DNA from: an uncultured Planctomycetaceae bacterium
Lineage (GTDB): Bacteria; Planctomycetota; UBA8742; UBA2392
Assembly: GCA_964652605.1 (NCBI GenBank)
Contig: CAZZBH010000003.1
Location: 7,800-71,799 of the forward strand
DNA length: 64,000 bases
Direction: 5' to 3'
Shown here: one piece after another, positions 9,292-20,550 of the stretch
Position numbering within the stretch: the stretch's first letter is position 1
Layout of the letters: each line of letters starts with the position of its first letter
Position numbers and translations under genes: made by a program
The notes under the pieces: model-generated
What the model was told of the DNA's origin: nothing
Seen by the model: the letters and a program-made list of their open reading frames with translations, nothing else
Database searches by the model: none

Positions 9292-10021
9292 TTACGCCGA
9301 GAAACTCGCGCACATTCTTTTCAAGCTTGTTGACGCGGAAGACGTTGTCCACCACCAGGCTGCGGTGCGAGTCCTGCCCGACGCCCGGCTTGAAGATCAG
9401 CCGGCCGCTGCCGAAAAGCATGAACTCGAAGATGTCCGGGATTTCCTTTTCGACGGCCATATTGAGCGTGGCGTAGTGGCGCTCGTCGCCCAGGATGCCG
9501 TGCTTGTGCGTGAGTTGGTTGGGCGAAAGCACCCAGTAGTTGAAGCGTGTGGTGATGAACGCCATCAGCATCAGGACAGCCAGCACTCCCGCCATCATGG
9601 CGTAGAAGTTGGGGTGCATGTTCAGTTCCTGGTCGGCGAAGAAGCGGTAGATGCTTCCGTAAACCTCGACGTCACTCTGTAGGTCCCAGACGTACAGGCC
9701 GAGCAGCCCGACACCAAGCACGGCCAGGGTGGCAATAAAGTTGTTGCGCCCGAAGTCAAAGGTGTGCACCAGCAGGTTGAAGAAGAACAGCACAATCCAC
9801 CACCAGCCAAGCGCTGAGCGCTCGACCAGCGGGTCTGCCGGGTCGCCGACTCCGCCACCCAGAAAGAAGAACACAAGGCTGACCACCATCACCGGCCACA
9901 GCAGGACGACCTTCGGGAACGGGTGAATCACGATACGGTCAATGACTTCTTTGCCCGCGACCTGGGCTTTGGCGTCGCTGACGCTGATGTCTCCGCGAGG
10001 TGAGGCTGGCTGGTCGGTCAT
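9263..10021 (-). CDS. polytopic membrane protein, unknown function
   Basis: 252-aa ORF with about 4 hydrophobic helices and a soluble C-terminal domain. Codon third positions are GC-rich in this frame. No family recognised. Confidence 0.55.
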   Translation of the reverse strand: MTDQPASPRGDISVSDAKAQVAGKEVIDRIVIHPFPKVVLLWPVMVVSLVFFFLGGGVGDPADPLVERSALGWWWIVLFFFNLLVHTFDFGRNNFIATLAVLGVGLLGLYVWDLQSDVEVYGSIYRFFADQELNMHPNFYAMMAGVLAVLMLMAFITTRFNYWVLSPNQLTHKHGILGDERHYATLNMAVEKEIPDIFEFMLFGSGRLIFKPGVGQDSHRSLVVDNVFRVNKLEKNVREFLGVIKVDEDRSR

Positions 10022-10069
10022 GGAGTCTCCTGACGCGATGTTTAGCTGTCTGTTCGACGCGGCTCAACC

Positions 10070-11332
10070 CTACGGTTGCGGTATGCGCGGGTAGAGAATA
10101 CGCGCGGAGTCGTGCACCCGCTTCTTGACTTCCGCATCCTGGGCATAGCTGGCGTACAGTTCCTTGTAAACTTTCAGTTGCGCGCGCGCGGACTTCAGGA
10201 CTTCGCCGATGTGGTACTGGTTCATCTGCGCCTGCGGGCGCGGCGTGAGTTGCGCCTGCAGCGTCACTACCCAATCGTTGAACAGAAATTCTGCGCCATC
10301 GAGCACCGCGCGCTCGATGCCGGTCAGCTTGGCGACCTCATCCTTCAGGCGGTCATTCATTGTCTCGGTGTCGGGCGCGCGCACATCGTTCACGTTCATC
10401 TGCAGCATCACGCCCGCCGAGTAGATGTCCAGGCCGACCAGCCCGTCAATCTCGGGCGGCACGGCCACCGCGCGCTGCTGGGGCGTGCAGACGCCCAGCA
10501 TCTCGCCCTTGAACCATTCTTTCAGCTCGCCCTCGTCGAGCAGTTTCTGCAACTCAAACGTCGATACGTCATACGCCTTTGTAGTCTCTTCCCAACGCGA
10601 GTCGTACTCCGCGCCGAGCTTCTGGATTGCGGCGATTTGCGCGTCGCTCAGCGGCATGCCCGCCAACTCGAGGTGCGCCGCAAGCATGTTCGCCATGTTG
10701 ATCGGGTGGCTGAACTCGCCGTTGACACTGGCGTAGGTCGGCAACGCCTTCCGGATGCGCGCCCAGTAGGCGATCAGTGCCTGGTTGTGCTCGCCAATCT
10801 TTTCCAGCAGCTCGGGCGACATCTCTTTGCCATCGCGAATGTTCTCTGCCAGCTCCTTCAGCAATGGGACCAGACCCTTGGCCGCGCCGCCGATCTCCGT
10901 CCAGTCGGCGTCGCGCACTTCGGGCAGGTCGGCCCACTTGCCGAAAGGGACAGCCAGGTTGCCCTGCGCAGGCGCTTCCGGCTGAGCCTCGGGCTTTTCT
11001 GGCGCGTCCAACTGTTCTTTCAGGCGCTTTACCTCGTCGGCAAGATCCGCGGCCCGCTCCTGCTCGCCCGCAAGCTCTTTGCGCGCTTCGTCGCGCTCGG
11101 CCTCAAGGTCCTGCACCTGCCGTCGGCTTGACTCCACGATCTTGCGCAGGGTGTCAGTCTCGGCCTGGGCATTTTCGAGGTCGCGCTCAAGCTCGGGCGA
11201 GGCGTCTGCTGCGATCTCAGTGCCGGATTCCGGCTGCGCGTCCTGACGTTGATCCAGAATCAGCCATGTCGCCAGCGCTCCTGCTGCAATGCCGACCACT
11301 GCGGCGAGAATGGGGGGAAGTGTGCGCTCCAT
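10070..11332 (-). CDS. membrane-anchored coiled-coil protein, unknown function
   Basis: Start set at MERTLPPILAAVVGIAAGALATWLIL (CAT 11330-11332), one nt after the upstream gene's stop. Acidic coiled-coil (ELERDLENAQAETDTLRKIVESSRRQVQDLEAERDEARKELAGEQERAADLADEVKRLKEQL) followed by a ~300-aa helical domain. Confidence 0.6.
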   Translation of the reverse strand: MERTLPPILAAVVGIAAGALATWLILDQRQDAQPESGTEIAADASPELERDLENAQAETDTLRKIVESSRRQVQDLEAERDEARKELAGEQERAADLADEVKRLKEQLDAPEKPEAQPEAPAQGNLAVPFGKWADLPEVRDADWTEIGGAAKGLVPLLKELAENIRDGKEMSPELLEKIGEHNQALIAYWARIRKALPTYASVNGEFSHPINMANMLAAHLELAGMPLSDAQIAAIQKLGAEYDSRWEETTKAYDVSTFELQKLLDEGELKEWFKGEMLGVCTPQQRAVAVPPEIDGLVGLDIYSAGVMLQMNVNDVRAPDTETMNDRLKDEVAKLTGIERAVLDGAEFLFNDWVVTLQAQLTPRPQAQMNQYHIGEVLKSARAQLKVYKELYASYAQDAEVKKRVHDSARILYPRIPQP

Positions 11333-11333
11333 G

Positions 11334-12317
11334 TCAGTCTCCGTTTGTCTCGCTTTGCGCCTCGATGGCCTTCTTCTCGGCAAGCAGCCCAGCGTGCTGC
11401 GGTGCCTTGGCCAGGCCCGCGTTGACCTTGGCCAGCGCTTCGTCCAGCTTGCCCTGCTTGCGGTACCACATTCCGTAGGCCGCGTAGATCTCGCAGAAGT
11501 CGTCCTCCCAGGGCAGTTGCGCCTGCATCTCCAGCGCCTTGTCGAGGTCGGCCTTCGCGCCCTGGAATTCCTGCGCAAACGGAGGGTAGTTTACCTTCAA
11601 GATCGCGAGAAAGTGGACGGCCGTGTAGTAGTCCGGATCAAGCTCCAGTGCGCGCTCGGTTTCTTTGCGCACATCCGAGGCAAGCGTCGCCTGCTTCATC
11701 ATGTCGCCCCGGATGTCGCGGAAGCGGGACGTCAGCGCAAGCGCCAGCCCAAGGCGGGCGCGGCTGTTCTCGGGCTCCGATGCCACCCACTCCTGCATGC
11801 GCTTGATGAACTCGTCTCGAAACGACCTGGTTGACTTCTCCGCAACGCCGGCAAGTTCGAACAGTTGTTCTTCGCCGTTGGGTGCCTTGATCAGCGGCAA
11901 TAGATTTTCAAGCCGCCGCAGGTCGCCCTCCGGAATCTGCGTGGCTGGCGCTGCCTCTGCGGGATCGGTCTTTGCAGGCGTGCCTTCCGCGGGCTTCCCC
12001 TCTTCCGGCGCTGCGCGTACCCCCGGCGCCTGCGGCGCCGTGTGCTCAATCGCCTCAAGCTCGGTGACCCGTTGCCGCAGTTCTTGAAGTTCGCGCCGAA
12101 GGTCGTTGTCAGCCGTTGCGGGCGGCGTGTCGGGGCGAGCCTGGCTGCGCAGGGCGGCGACTTCTGTTGTCAGCAAGCCGTTGGCACGCTCCAGCTCGTC
12201 AATGCGCTGCGTCGCGTCCTGCAGTTGTGCAGACAGTTGATCTTGCTTGCCATTGTCGGAGCAGCCAGCCAGCACGAGCATCACCATCGCGATTGCTGCC
12301 AAAGTCGTCGGTCGCAT
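11334..12317 (-). CDS. lipoprotein with coiled-coil and TPR-like C-terminal domain
   Basis: Start at MRPTTLAAIAMVMLVLAGCSDNG (lipobox LAGC). C-terminus is TPR-like (ALELDPDYYTAVHFLA..., YAAYGMWYRKQGKLDEALAKVNAGLAKAP). Confidence 0.65.
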   Translation of the reverse strand: MRPTTLAAIAMVMLVLAGCSDNGKQDQLSAQLQDATQRIDELERANGLLTTEVAALRSQARPDTPPATADNDLRRELQELRQRVTELEAIEHTAPQAPGVRAAPEEGKPAEGTPAKTDPAEAAPATQIPEGDLRRLENLLPLIKAPNGEEQLFELAGVAEKSTRSFRDEFIKRMQEWVASEPENSRARLGLALALTSRFRDIRGDMMKQATLASDVRKETERALELDPDYYTAVHFLAILKVNYPPFAQEFQGAKADLDKALEMQAQLPWEDDFCEIYAAYGMWYRKQGKLDEALAKVNAGLAKAPQHAGLLAEKKAIEAQSETNGD

Positions 12318-12505
12318 GTCTTTTTCCCCCGGGGTGAAGAGTAGTAAGAGCGCGGGCGTGCGCAGTTGCAATCCCGCTTGTGGTTTGTAACGCGTCCATG
12401 ATTGCCACCTTCACATCTGCGATTGCACGCGCTTTGGCCTCGCCAGCTTGACCCTCTGTGCCGCGCCCCTAGACTGCGCCCCCTTGTGGCGGGAAGTGAG
12501 GCAGG

Positions 12506-13423
12506 ATGCTGCGGCTGTTGTGGATACTGTGCCTTGCGGCGACTGCCCTGCCGTGCGGGCTTTGGGCGCAGGAATCCGGCCCGCCGAACGAGTTCGAGGT
12601 CAAGCGCCGCCTTCCGCGCGAGCTGCACCCATCTGAGACCGACCGCTACAGCGCCATCGGCCTGAAAGAGTGGGGCCTGGCCTGGAACGTTTACTACACA
12701 ATGCGCAGCTACAACGTCACCGACATCCGCGGGCTGGATGAGTCGCTGGCAACAAGCTGGCTTTACAGTTTTGACCCGTGGGGCCTGGGCGTGCGGGCGC
12801 ACATCGAGCACAAGGCGACAACCGAATGGAGCTTCAGCATCATGCCGCGCGTGGATGCGGCCTACGGCATTCTGAACACCAGCCACCACAACCCGCATGA
12901 GCTGGAAGAGCTGCCATTCACGCGCAATTTTCGGGGCGCGAACGACTCGCAGAAGCTGAGTATCCGGGCAGAGCTTGAGTTCGCGGCGCGCTGGCGCTGG
13001 TTGTGGTTTGTGGGCAAGGTGGATTCGTGGATGGTGTTCAGGCGCCGCGCGATTCGCGCCAACGATACGGTATATCGCGACGACCAGCTTGGCACGCTGT
13101 CCAGGATCAAAGAGCGCAACCGCGTGGAGTGGGAGCAAGCGTACGTCTTCGGCGCGGCGACCGGTGTGGGCTTTGAGTTTTTCTTCCTGAACCCCGATGC
13201 GCGCTTCATCCTGTTTACGCTGTACCGTCCCTTCAACAACGTCAGCTTTCGCGACGCCGGCAGTTTGACCCACGGGTTTGAGTTCATGCTGCGCTCAGCC
13301 GACTACGACATCAGCGACGTGTTCGGGATCTACTTTGAGCTGTCGGTGCAGTTGTACCTGCCGACATCCGAGTTCAACGACGTGTACTACTCGCAATTCA
13401 GCGTCGGGGTGAAGTTCAGGTAG
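12506..13423 (+). CDS. secreted protein, probable outer-membrane beta-barrel
   Basis: Signal peptide MLRLLWILCLAATALPCGLWAQE. Alternating aromatic/polar beta-strand pattern. Terminal strand YYSQFSVGVKFR. Confidence 0.5.
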   Translation: MLRLLWILCLAATALPCGLWAQESGPPNEFEVKRRLPRELHPSETDRYSAIGLKEWGLAWNVYYTMRSYNVTDIRGLDESLATSWLYSFDPWGLGVRAHIEHKATTEWSFSIMPRVDAAYGILNTSHHNPHELEELPFTRNFRGANDSQKLSIRAELEFAARWRWLWFVGKVDSWMVFRRRAIRANDTVYRDDQLGTLSRIKERNRVEWEQAYVFGAATGVGFEFFFLNPDARFILFTLYRPFNNVSFRDAGSLTHGFEFMLRSADYDISDVFGIYFELSVQLYLPTSEFNDVYYSQFSVGVKFR

Positions 13424-13428
13424 TCGCG

Positions 13429-13719
13429 TTATTCAACCGACTGCTTGTCTTCAGGCGGCAGCTCCTGGTCTTTCGGAAGTAGCCCCAGAGCGCCCATGGC
13501 GTGGAAGGTCAGGTAGCCGCAGCGCGCGCAGGCCACGGTCACGCTGGGCACCAGGTTGCGGACACCTTCGTCCGCAAGCTGATCGACCATGCCGAACACG
13601 GCATAGCCGTCCACCAGGCTGAACTGGTCACTGCCGCAGCGCGGGCAGGGCCGGGTCACGCCGCGTTCCTGCAGTCGCTTGACGATCATCTGGCGGTGGT
13701 CGGCGTTCCAGGTGCTCAT
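13429..13719 (-). CDS. small zinc-ribbon protein
   Basis: 96 aa with CPRCG...CARCG pairs. Lies 44 nt downstream of the kinase gene on the same strand. Confidence 0.5.
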   Translation of the reverse strand: MSTWNADHRQMIVKRLQERGVTRPCPRCGSDQFSLVDGYAVFGMVDQLADEGVRNLVPSVTVACARCGYLTFHAMGALGLLPKDQELPPEDKQSVE

Positions 13720-13762
13720 GCCGCGAGACTACACAAGAGTGTCCCGACCTCAAGCACGGGCA

Positions 13763-15256
13763 CTAGCCCAGCAGGTTGCGGTCTCGTTCAATCAGCACGC
13801 TTCCGCCGGCGATGCTGGCTGGGCCCTTGGGATAGTTGTTGTGCGGGACAGGATTGGACTTGCTGCCCGCCTCCTGCCTGGCGATGACATTGTAAATGGG
13901 GCTGCGCTTGCGGTCCTTAACCATTTCAAGGCCTTGCTCGGTGAACAGGTTGCGTGAGATGCGACGCTGCAGCGCGACCTTGCCTTCGTCGTTGCGCAGG
14001 AATGTCAGCTGGCGCAGCTCGTCCTGGCTGGCGTCCATGAAGTCGGTTTCAAAGATGCGCAGATAGCTTGCCATGCTGTTGTTTGTGGGCCCGAAGCCCT
14101 GTGCGTACAAGTGGCGCTTCTCAAGCTCCATCAACACTTCGATCATGCGCTGCCAGCGCAGGCCCACATCGTACTCGAGCATCTTCATGACAATGTCGGA
14201 CACTTTCGGCGGCACGTCGTGGCAAACCTCGTGCGGGGGAACGATCGGGCGCGACTGGGCCTGCTTGACCCAGCGCACGTTTTCGTCCCAGCTTCCGCGC
14301 GTAAGCGGCTTGAAAAGGTTGATGCCGGTCAGCAACTCATAGGCGACAACGCCCAGGCTGAAAATGTCGGCGCGTGCGTCCACCTTGTCGCGTGCCAGTT
14401 GCTCGGGTGCCATGTAGTGCACCTTGCCCGCAAATTCTTCGGCGGCAAACGAAAGTGGCGCGGCGATGCCGAAATCAGCCAGTTTGGCGACGCCCTCGGT
14501 GCTGATCAGAATATTGCCCGGGGTGACATCCTTGTGGACGATCCACTGGTGCGCGTAGGCCAGCGCGCGCGCAATGCGGCTGATGATGAACATGGCGATG
14601 GGGATCGGCACCAGCAGGTGCAGCTTGAAGTGGTGGCGCATCAGCATCGCCATATCGACGCCGTCCACATAATCCATGCTCATGAACGTCACGCGCGGCC
14701 CGTCGTCGATCACACGGGTTGCCTTGGGGTTGGGCATGCGTGCGGGTGCAAACCCGGGTGTGCGCTTGCCGCCCTTGCGGGGGTCCATGCGCCGCATCGA
14801 AAACGTGGCGAGTTGCAGGTCGCTGGTCGGTTTGGGAAGGCTCTTGACCAGGAAACCCTTGCGGAACTCTTCAGGCATCTCGGAAAGCTTCACACTCTCC
14901 AAGCCGTAAGTCTTGACGATGTTTTCGTGACGCAGGAAGGTGGCGATGTTGGCCTCGTTGCGGAGACGGGCCTCCTGCTCTTCGTCCAGCGTTCGCAGTG
15001 CCTTGAAGACAACATAGTCAAGCACGCCGCCGCAGTTCTTCTCCACCAGGTACACGATGCCCATCCCGCCGCGGCCAAGCTCCTCCACGATGGTATAGGT
15101 CGCTGAACTTCCGAAGGTGAAACCCCTGAGCGAAGCTTCTTCCAAGACTGGACTCCTGCGTCGTGCAATATGCCCGACTGCCCAGTATCGCACATAAAGT
15201 CCGGCAACGCCAATGTTTACGCCATTCACAATGCACTGATTGCACATTTCTGCCAT
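13763..15256 (-). CDS. serine/threonine protein kinase (Hanks-type) with uncharacterised C-terminal domain
   Basis: GRGGMGIVYLV (Gly loop), HKDVTPGNILIS (catalytic loop), LADFGIA (DFG), YMAPEQ (APE). Confidence 0.85.
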   Translation of the reverse strand: MAEMCNQCIVNGVNIGVAGLYVRYWAVGHIARRRSPVLEEASLRGFTFGSSATYTIVEELGRGGMGIVYLVEKNCGGVLDYVVFKALRTLDEEQEARLRNEANIATFLRHENIVKTYGLESVKLSEMPEEFRKGFLVKSLPKPTSDLQLATFSMRRMDPRKGGKRTPGFAPARMPNPKATRVIDDGPRVTFMSMDYVDGVDMAMLMRHHFKLHLLVPIPIAMFIISRIARALAYAHQWIVHKDVTPGNILISTEGVAKLADFGIAAPLSFAAEEFAGKVHYMAPEQLARDKVDARADIFSLGVVAYELLTGINLFKPLTRGSWDENVRWVKQAQSRPIVPPHEVCHDVPPKVSDIVMKMLEYDVGLRWQRMIEVLMELEKRHLYAQGFGPTNNSMASYLRIFETDFMDASQDELRQLTFLRNDEGKVALQRRISRNLFTEQGLEMVKDRKRSPIYNVIARQEAGSKSNPVPHNNYPKGPASIAGGSVLIERDRNLLG

Positions 15257-15280
15257 CGCTGGCGAGGCGTGAGTGACTCA

Positions 15281-16723
<1,443 letters not shown>

Positions 16724-16730
16724 TACGCCC

Positions 16731-17546
16731 ATGGCAGACTTTTCGGTGATCATAGTGGCGGGGGGCAGCGGCACCCGCATCGGCGGCAAGACGAAGAAGG
16801 CGTTGATCGAGGTCGCGGGGGCGCCGCTGGTGGTCCACACCGCCCGCGCCTTCATGGGGTTTGAGGATGTGGGCGAGGTAATCGTCGCCCTGCCGCCGGA
16901 CATCATGGCGCAGGTTGCCGGCAACCATACCAACGTCGCCCTGGCCGACTTGCCGGAAACTACGCCGAACCCCGTGCTCGGCCTGCGTGCAGTGGGTGCG
17001 ACGCGGATTGTAGCCGGCGGGGCCCGCAGACAGGACAGCGTGCTGAATGCGCTTCGCGCTTGCGACGCCCGCCTGCCCTACGTGATGATCCACGACGCGG
17101 CGCGGCCGTTTGTCAGCCTGGACGACCTGATTTCGCTGGTGGCGGAAACCCGGCAGTCCGGCGCGGCGATTCTTGCGCACCCGGTGCGCGACACCCTCAA
17201 GCGCGTGCAAGGCGAGCTGATCCAGGCAACCGTGGACCGAGACGGCTTGTGGGCGGCGCAGACGCCACAGGCCTTCCGGCGAGATGATCTGGTCAGGGCA
17301 TTCGAGCAGCACAACGGCACTGACGTGACAGACGATGCCGCCATGGCCGCGCTTGCCGGCATGCGTTGTGCCGTAGTGAAAGGCGGCGCGGCAAACTTCA
17401 AGATCACGACGCCCGAAGATCTTGAGCTGGCTGAGGCGCTGCTTGCCATGCGCGCGGCTCAAAGCGGCGACATACGCCCCGCCAGCGCGCTGTTCCGCAA
17501 GATCCACGGCGGAGAAACCATGATCGACGTAAAACCACGCAAATGA
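16731..17546 (+). CDS. ispD: 2-C-methyl-D-erythritol 4-phosphate cytidylyltransferase
   Basis: FSVIIVAGGSGTRIGG..KKALIEVAGAPLV, HDAARPFV, DDAAMAALAG. ATG at 16731. Confidence 0.9.
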   Translation: MADFSVIIVAGGSGTRIGGKTKKALIEVAGAPLVVHTARAFMGFEDVGEVIVALPPDIMAQVAGNHTNVALADLPETTPNPVLGLRAVGATRIVAGGARRQDSVLNALRACDARLPYVMIHDAARPFVSLDDLISLVAETRQSGAAILAHPVRDTLKRVQGELIQATVDRDGLWAAQTPQAFRRDDLVRAFEQHNGTDVTDDAAMAALAGMRCAVVKGGAANFKITTPEDLELAEALLAMRAAQSGDIRPASALFRKIHGGETMIDVKPRK

Positions 17547-17735
17547 GTGTGCAGGCCGTGCAATGAGTCTGCAGTTGACCCACGACCCAAAACCCAAGAC
17601 CCAAGACCAAAGACCGGGCACCCAGCATCCCCCGTACCGCCCCATTGACCGCGCCGGCTTGCCTGCTACCCTCCCGCCGTCAATTTTGCACGCCTGCGGC
17701 GGTTGATACTGCCCTGAGCGCAAGTGGAGAAACAG

Positions 17736-18002
17736 ATGATCACGCAGCAACGCCGCAATGACCTTCTCAAGGAGTATGGCCGCGGCGAAAACGACTCAGG
17801 ATCGGTGGAAGTGCAGGTTGCGCTCCTCACCGAGGAAATCAACAACCTCACCGTACACCTGAAGATTCACAAGAAAGACCACAGCAGCCGTCGCGGGTTG
17901 CTGCGGATGGTCGGCAAGCGCAGCGCATTGCTCAAGTACCTTGACCGCAAGGACGAGCAGCGTTACCGCGACCTGATCGGCAAACTGGGTATTCGCAAGT
18001 AA
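17736..18002 (+). CDS. rpsO: 30S ribosomal protein S15
   Basis: [47 protein letters not shown] lies 6-10 nt upstream of ATG 17736. Confidence 0.95.
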   Translation: MITQQRRNDLLKEYGRGENDSGSVEVQVALLTEEINNLTVHLKIHKKDHSSRRGLLRMVGKRSALLKYLDRKDEQRYRDLIGKLGIRK

Positions 18003-18005
18003 CCA

Positions 18006-18035
18006 GGGCGGGCCATGTGGCCCGCCTGCTTGCTT
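18006..18035 (+). terminator. stem-loop after rpsO (attenuator/terminator candidate)
   Basis: gggcgggcc-atgt-ggcccgcct gives an 8-9 bp GC stem with a 4-nt loop, followed by the T-containing tract gcttgctt. Confidence 0.5.
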
Positions 18036-18085
18036 ACCCGGAGAAGTGCAGGGGGTTCGGGACCCTGTCACGCCCGCGCGGACAC

Positions 18086-18118
18086 AGAGGCGTGTGCTTG
18101 GATCAAGCACAGACCTCT
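18086..18118 (+). promoter_or_regulatory. long imperfect hairpin in the rpsO-pnp leader
   Basis: agagg-cg-tgtgcttg / gat / caagcaca-ga-cctct: 8 bp plus 5 bp stems with a 2x2 internal loop. It sits in the 220-nt leader upstream of pnp ATG 18223. Confidence 0.4.
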
Positions 18119-18222
18119 CTGCCCGCCCGGGCAAATACCCGGCCCTTTGCATTCTTAAAGTGAGGCCCCTCCAGACAGGGAGAGCGGCCGGTAGCCCCGT
18201 TGCAGGGGCGGAAGGTCTTATC

Positions 18223-20451
18223 ATGGCAGTAACCAAGCTCAGTCAGAACAAGCACACAGTGACCGTCGAAATCGGCGGCCGCAACATTACCTTCGAAACC
18301 GGATGGCTTGCCAAGCAGGCCGCGGGCTCGGTGCTCGTGCGTGAAGAAAACAGCGCCGTGTTCGTGGCGGTGACTACAGCCGCGCCACGGCCGGGTATCG
18401 ACTTCTTTCCGCTTACCGTCGAGTACAAGGAAAAGACCAGCGCGGCTGGCAAGTTTCCCGGCGGGTTCTTTAAGCGCGAAGGCCGTCCGAGCACCAAAGA
18501 AGTGCTCACCATGCGCATGACAGACCGCCCGCTGCGTCCCACGTTCCGTGAAGGCTACCGGGATGAAGTGCAGATCAACGGCATGGCCATGTCCGCTGAC
18601 CCGAACCTTGACCCAGACATGCTGATGATCAACGGCGGCAGCGCGGCAGTGATGCTTGCAGGCTTGCCCTTTGATGGCCCCGTCGGTGCCGTACGAATGG
18701 GCCGGCGCGACGGCAAGTTCGTCGTCAACCCGGACTATGAAACCGTCGATCACGGTGACCTTAACATGGTCGTTGCCGGCACCGTCAACGGCATCTCGAT
18801 GGTGGAAGCCGGCGCGCACGAGCTGTCTGAGGACGATATCGTCGAAGCGCTCGATCTCGCGCACAAAGCCATCATCAAGCTGTGCAACGCCCAGCTCGAG
18901 CTGGTCAAGAAGGCCGGCATCAAGCCGATGGACTTCACACCGCCTGAAGCCCCGCCGGCCAAGCTGGTGGATGAAGTCAAGAAGAAGTACTTCGGCCAGT
19001 TTCTTGAAAAGGTCCGCATCACGGCCAAGCATGAGCGCAGCAACGCGCTCAGCGAGATCAAAAAGGCCGCAATTGCCGAGTACACGCCGGCTGACGCGTC
19101 TGACACGGCCGCTGTTGAGCGCGCAAAGCAGGTCGCGCAGATCGTTGGCGACTTCAAATACGAAGCTACCCGCCACATCATCCTGACCGAGAACAAGCGC
19201 ATCGACGGCCGCAACCTCGACGAGGTGCGCGACATCATCATTGAGATGTCGCCGTTTCCGCGCAATCACGGCAGCGTGACGTTCACCCGCGGCGAGACCC
19301 AGGCCTTCGTCACCTGCACACTGGGCACCGCGCAGGACACCCAGCTGGTGGACGGCTTGCGAGAATCCCGCGAGGAGCGCTTTCTTCTGCACTACAATTT
19401 CCCGCCGTTCTGCACCGGCGAGGCCAAGCCGATCCGCGGTGTCTCGCGCCGCGAGCTCGGCCACGGCGCGCTGGCAGAGCGCAGCATTCGCGTGATGCTT
19501 CCCAGCGAGACCGAGTTCCCGTACACCATCCGTATCGTCAGCGACATCCTGGAAAGTAACGGCAGTTCAAGCATGGCCAGTGTCTGCGGCGCCACCCTGG
19601 CGGCCTTCGACGCGGGCGTGCCGCTGAAGAAGCCCGTCGCGGGCGTGGCCATGGGCCTTGTCAGCGAAGGCGACAAGAACGCTGTGCTCACCGACATCCT
19701 CGGCGACGAAGACCACGTCGGTGACATGGACTTCAAGGTCTGTGGCACAGCCGACGGCATTACCGCCCTGCAGATGGACATCAAGGTCAAGAACCTGACC
19801 AGCGAGCTTATGCGCAAGGCGCTGGGCCAGGCGCGCGACGCGCGGCTCCACATCCTGGGCAAGATGGCGGAAGTGCTGCCGGCCCCGCGGCCAGAGATCA
19901 GCAAATGGGCGCCGCGCTTTGAGGTGATCAAGATCAGCAGTGAGTTGATCGGCTCAGTGATCGGCCCCGGCGGCAAGGTGATCCGCGGCATGCAGGACGA
20001 GTTCAAGACCACCATCACCGTCGAAGAGGACGGCACCATCAAGATCTTCGGCGAGGACGGCGTGAAGGTGCTCGCGAACAAAGAGCGCATCCGCATGATG
20101 ACCGAAGTGCCCGAGGTAGGCCAGCGCTTCACGGGCAAGGTGGGCAGCATGCGCGAGTTTGGCGCCTTCATCGAGTTCAACGGCAAGGAAGCCCTGATCC
20201 ACGTAAGCGAGCTGAGCGACGGCTATGTCGAAAAGCCGGAAGACGTGGTGAAGGTAGGCGACGAGCTTGAGTTCGAGATCATCAACGTCGATCCCACCGG
20301 CAAGATCAAAGGCAGCCGCAAGGCGGTAATCCTCAAGGACCGCGGCGAAGAATACTCGGCGCCAAAGCCGCGAACCGGCGGGCGCGACCGGGGCGGCCGA
20401 CCCGGAGGCCGCGACAGAGGCCCAAGACGCGAACGCTCCCCCCGCGGGTAG
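18223..20451 (+). CDS. pnp: polyribonucleotide nucleotidyltransferase (PNPase) with Arg/Gly-rich C-terminal tail
   Basis: Start at MAVTKLSQNKHTVTVEIGGRNITFETG (ATG 18223). Two RNase PH domains, then KH (GPGGKVIRGMQ) and S1 (GKVGSMREFGAFIEF) domains. Tail is GGRDRGGRPGGRDRGPRRERSPRG. Confidence 0.95.
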   Translation: MAVTKLSQNKHTVTVEIGGRNITFETGWLAKQAAGSVLVREENSAVFVAVTTAAPRPGIDFFPLTVEYKEKTSAAGKFPGGFFKREGRPSTKEVLTMRMTDRPLRPTFREGYRDEVQINGMAMSADPNLDPDMLMINGGSAAVMLAGLPFDGPVGAVRMGRRDGKFVVNPDYETVDHGDLNMVVAGTVNGISMVEAGAHELSEDDIVEALDLAHKAIIKLCNAQLELVKKAGIKPMDFTPPEAPPAKLVDEVKKKYFGQFLEKVRITAKHERSNALSEIKKAAIAEYTPADASDTAAVERAKQVAQIVGDFKYEATRHIILTENKRIDGRNLDEVRDIIIEMSPFPRNHGSVTFTRGETQAFVTCTLGTAQDTQLVDGLRESREERFLLHYNFPPFCTGEAKPIRGVSRRELGHGALAERSIRVMLPSETEFPYTIRIVSDILESNGSSSMASVCGATLAAFDAGVPLKKPVAGVAMGLVSEGDKNAVLTDILGDEDHVGDMDFKVCGTADGITALQMDIKVKNLTSELMRKALGQARDARLHILGKMAEVLPAPRPEISKWAPRFEVIKISSELIGSVIGPGGKVIRGMQDEFKTTITVEEDGTIKIFGEDGVKVLANKERIRMMTEVPEVGQRFTGKVGSMREFGAFIEFNGKEALIHVSELSDGYVEKPEDVVKVGDELEFEIINVDPTGKIKGSRKAVILKDRGEEYSAPKPRTGGRDRGGRPGGRDRGPRRERSPRG

Positions 20452-20508
20452 GACAGCCCGGCGTGTAAACGTCGGGCCTGGGGCTTATGCAGGTTCAATT
20501 CACAGCAC

Positions 20509-20550
20509 GAAAACATCGAAGGAGCCAACGCTCCTTCGATGTTTTCTTTT
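20509..20550 (+). terminator. rho-independent terminator of pnp
   Basis: Perfect 17-bp stem gaaaacatcgaaggagc / caac / gctccttcgatgttttc, followed by tttt. Confidence 0.85.

Noticed and set aside
20488-20506. The sequence caggttcaattcacag downstream of pnp, which resembles a tRNA T-loop (GGTTCRANYC).
   Set aside because: The flanking bases do not form a T-stem. No acceptor or anticodon arms can be drawn. It sits just 5' of the pnp terminator.
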